Shown piece after piece: positions 15,247-17,669 of a DNA stretch of 17,669 bases. Under the pieces are notes generated by a model. The model was not told the DNA's origin. It saw only the letters and a program-made list of their open reading frames with translations, and made no database searches. Every line of letters starts with the position of its first letter. Position 1 is the first letter of the stretch. This DNA is from a bacterium (GTDB lineage Bacteria > Arandabacterota > Arandabacteria > Arandabacterales > JALGWA01). Where the stretch lies: positions 1 to 17,669 of the forward strand of contig JASFEA010000068.1 of assembly GCA_050125095.1 (NCBI GenBank), written 5' to 3'. Position numbers and translations under genes: made by a program.

Positions 15247-17669
15247 ATGACGTCAAAGACCGCACTGGCGGCGTTCCTTGCCATCATGTTTGTCCCTTTG
15301 GCAGGGTTTGCCGATATTGTCACTCCCGAAGAGGCGACAGCCGTGGGAGAGAACTTCTTAGATCATCAGATTGAGGTACGGGGAGGATGGGGAGAGTCAC
15401 CCTGGGCCGAGGTGGCCGAGATCAGCGAGATCTGGAGGAATGACAGGCTGCTGGGTTACCACCTGTCGATCTCGCCCAGCGGCCATATCGTCGTTCCCAT
15501 TACGAGGGCCCTCACGCCGGTGAAGTCATTCTCCTATACCGAGGACTTCGTGACGGATTCAGAGGTGGGTTACTGGCAGCTCCTCAAGGACGCATTGGAG
15601 TATACGCTTATACAGATAGAAGAAAAGCAGGGGCCGCTCAATCTGCTTAAGGCTGCCCCGCAGCCGAGGGCGGTCGGGGACATCTGGGACTGGACGCTCG
15701 GCTCCAGCCCGCCCCCGCCCATGCTCACGACCGTGGGCCCTATTGTGATGACCAAGTGGGACCAGAGTTATCCGTGGAACCTCTTCTGCCCCGAGGGCGA
15801 CGGGGGGCGCACCATCGTTGGCTGCGTTGCGACAGCGGGCGCCCAGATCATGCGCTACTGGCGCCATCCCTCCTACGGCACGGGCAGCCATTCATACTAC
15901 TGGAACGGCGACCAGTCCTGCGGCGGCACGACGTCCGGCCAGATTCTGAGCGCGGACTTCGACCATCCGTACGATTACTGGAAGATGAAGAGAACGGCGG
16001 TGGCCTATGACTCGGTACAGGCCGCGGCAGCCTCATGGCTCTGCTCGGATGTGGGTATCGCATGGCAGATGGACTACGGGCGCTGCGGTTCGGGCGCATA
16101 CACGGCCAGGGGCCTTACGGTTTACCCGACGTGGTTCAAATATCTCGGCACGGTGGAGCGGCATAACCGGCCCGACTACCCGAGCAGGCAGGCCTGGTTC
16201 GACCTTCTTAAGGGCGAGTTCGAAGCCGACCCGCCGCGGCCCATTCACTACAGGATCAGCGGCCACTCCATAGTCTGCGACGGCTACATGGACGACGGCG
16301 GGCTGTACATTCATCTCAATTATGGCTGGGCGGGATCTTCGGACGGCTGGTACGCCGTTGACAGCCTGCACTGCACCTGGGACGGATGCAGCCCGGATGT
16401 GGAATACGCTCTGATAGGGATCGATCCGGGCGCGGATTTCATAGACGCGACGGCCGGGCCCGCAGGGGACGCGGCCGACACCTATGGCGTGGCATGGGGC
16501 GACTACAACGGCGACGGTTATCTGGATCTATACCTGTCCAATGATGGAACCGCCAACACGCTGCTGGAGGGCGACGGCACAGGCGGCTTCACCGATGTCA
16601 CGGCCGGGCCTCTCGGGGACACCGGCAGCGGCAGGGGCGTCGCCTGGGCGGACTATGACAATGACGGCGACCTCGATCTCTACATATGCAACACCTCGGG
16701 CGGTGCAAACAAGCTCCTGGAGAACAACGCGGGTGTCTTCACCGATGTAACCTCAGGCCCACTGGGCGATACCGGCAACTCCGAGGGCGTCGTCTGGGGA
16801 GACTTCAACGGCAACGGTTATGTGGACCTCTACATAGTCAATAACGGCGCTTCCAACAAGCTCCTGCTCAACTCGGGCGGCCTGTTCGCCGACGCCACCG
16901 CGGCGCCGCTCGGCGATACCGGCGCCGGATACAGCGCGGCGGCCGGCGACTATGACAATGACGGCGACCTGGATATCTATATAGTGAACTCGGGCGCGAA
17001 CGTGCTCCTGAGGAACGAGGGCGGCGGAGTCTTCACGGACGCCACGGCAGGGCCCCTGGGGGACACCGGGGACGGCCGCGCGGCGGCCTGGGGCGACTAT
17101 GACAATGACGAAGACCTGGACCTCTATATCGGCAATCACGGAGACAACGTTCTCCTACGCAACGACGGGGGCACATTCACCGACGTAACCGATACGCCCC
17201 TTTTCAATTCCAACGACGCCTTCGGGGTGGCCTGGGCCGACTACGAGAACGACGGCGACCTGGACCTTTTCCTGAATAACTCCTCCGGCGCCAACAGGAT
17301 ATTCAGGAACCTCGGCGGCGACGCATTCCAGAACATCACTGTGACGCCGCTGGGAGCGACCATCTCCGGAAAGGGAGTGGCGTGGGGTGACTACGACAAT
17401 GACGGTCTCTCCGATCTCTACGTAGCGAATTCAGGCGGGGCCAATTACCTCTACCATAACGAGTTCCAGCAGCGGCCGGACTATCTCAAGGTCAAGCTGG
17501 TGGGCGTCTATTCCAATGCCGCGGCGATCGGGGCGCGTGTGCGCGTCGTGGGCGGCGGTGAGGTGCAGGTGAGGGAGATCTCGGGCGGATCGGGCTATTG
17601 CTCGCAGAACTCCATGATCGCCGGTTTCGGCTTCGGGGACCTCGACACTGTTGACTCGGTTCAGGTGCT
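15247..17669 (+). CDS. Secreted C10-family (streptopain-like) cysteine peptidase with 7 FG-GAP/VCBS repeats and ASPIC/UnbV domain (3'-truncated by window edge)
   Basis: Manually translated; open from ATG 15247 (MTSKTALAAFLAIMFVPLAGFA-D signal peptide) to the window end. Prodomain, then KWDQSYPWN...VGCVATAGAQIMRYW (Cys codon 15823), GHSIVCDGY (His codon 16264), HLNYGW. Followed by WGDYDNDGDLDLY repeats and YLKVKLVG...SNAAAIGARV...GGSGYCSQNS. Confidence 0.92.
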   Translation, partial: MTSKTALAAFLAIMFVPLAGFADIVTPEEATAVGENFLDHQIEVRGGWGESPWAEVAEISEIWRNDRLLGYHLSISPSGHIVVPITRALTPVKSFSYTEDFVTDSEVGYWQLLKDALEYTLIQIEEKQGPLNLLKAAPQPRAVGDIWDWTLGSSPPPPMLTTVGPIVMTKWDQSYPWNLFCPEGDGGRTIVGCVATAGAQIMRYWRHPSYGTGSHSYYWNGDQSCGGTTSGQILSADFDHPYDYWKMKRTAVAYDSVQAAAASWLCSDVGIAWQMDYGRCGSGAYTARGLTVYPTWFKYLGTVERHNRPDYPSRQAWFDLLKGEFEADPPRPIHYRISGHSIVCDGYMDDGGLYIHLNYGWAGSSDGWYAVDSLHCTWDGCSPDVEYALIGIDPGADFIDATAGPAGDAADTYGVAWGDYNGDGYLDLYLSNDGTANTLLEGDGTGGFTDVTAGPLGDTGSGRGVAWADYDNDGDLDLYICNTSGGANKLLENNAGVFTDVTSGPLGDTGNSEGVVWGDFNGNGYVDLYIVNNGASNKLLLNSGGLFADATAAPLGDTGAGYSAAAGDYDNDGDLDIYIVNSGANVLLRNEGGGVFTDATAGPLGDTGDGRAAAWGDYDNDEDLDLYIGNHGDNVLLRNDGGTFTDVTDTPLFNSNDAFGVAWADYENDGDLDLFLNNSSGANRIFRNLGGDAFQNITVTPLGATISGKGVAWGDYDNDGLSDLYVANSGGANYLYHNEFQQRPDYLKVKLVGVYSNAAAIGARVRVVGGGEVQVREISGGSGYCSQNSMIAGFGFGDLDTVDSVQV
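16435..17460 (+). repeat. Seven FG-GAP/VCBS coding repeats (probable 7-bladed beta-propeller)
   Basis: W(G/A)D(Y/F)xxxxxxDL/I-like motifs start at 16495, 16645, 16795, 16942, 17089, 17233 and 17383 (spacing 144-150 nt). Most are preceded by FTDxTxGPLGDTG. Confidence 0.88.

Noticed and set aside
15559-17139. Short ORFs listed in the track across the right end
   Set aside because: All lie within the continuous frame-1 C10 peptidase/FG-GAP gene starting at 15247.

Overview
GC-rich bacterial chromosomal window. Two genes end in FlgD-Ig/T9SS-like C-terminal domains, which hints at an FCB-group lineage (inference). Contents in order: the 3' end of a secreted CTD-bearing protein, a small ferritin-like protein, a class I SAM methyltransferase, a membrane zinc-ribbon protein, an isochorismatase-family hydrolase, a Lys/Arg-rich histone-like protein fused to a desulforedoxin-type CxxC...CC domain, a secreted papain-fold/BtrH-like protein, a serine O-acetyltransferase (CysE) with a polycationic repeat tail, aconitase, a secreted metallophosphoesterase, an LPG-synthase-TM/flippase-like membrane protein, a cysK-pfpI-OB-OB-radical SAM cluster, a short intergenic array of ~22-bp REP-like repeats, and a large C10 peptidase + 7 FG-GAP + ASPIC/UnbV gene that the ORF track misses because it runs off the right edge. 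The most unusual observations are the histone-like/desulforedoxin fusion and a second histone-like tail on the nearby CysE, set in an Fe/S and cysteine metabolism neighbourhood. All assignments come from motif reading; no searches were run.
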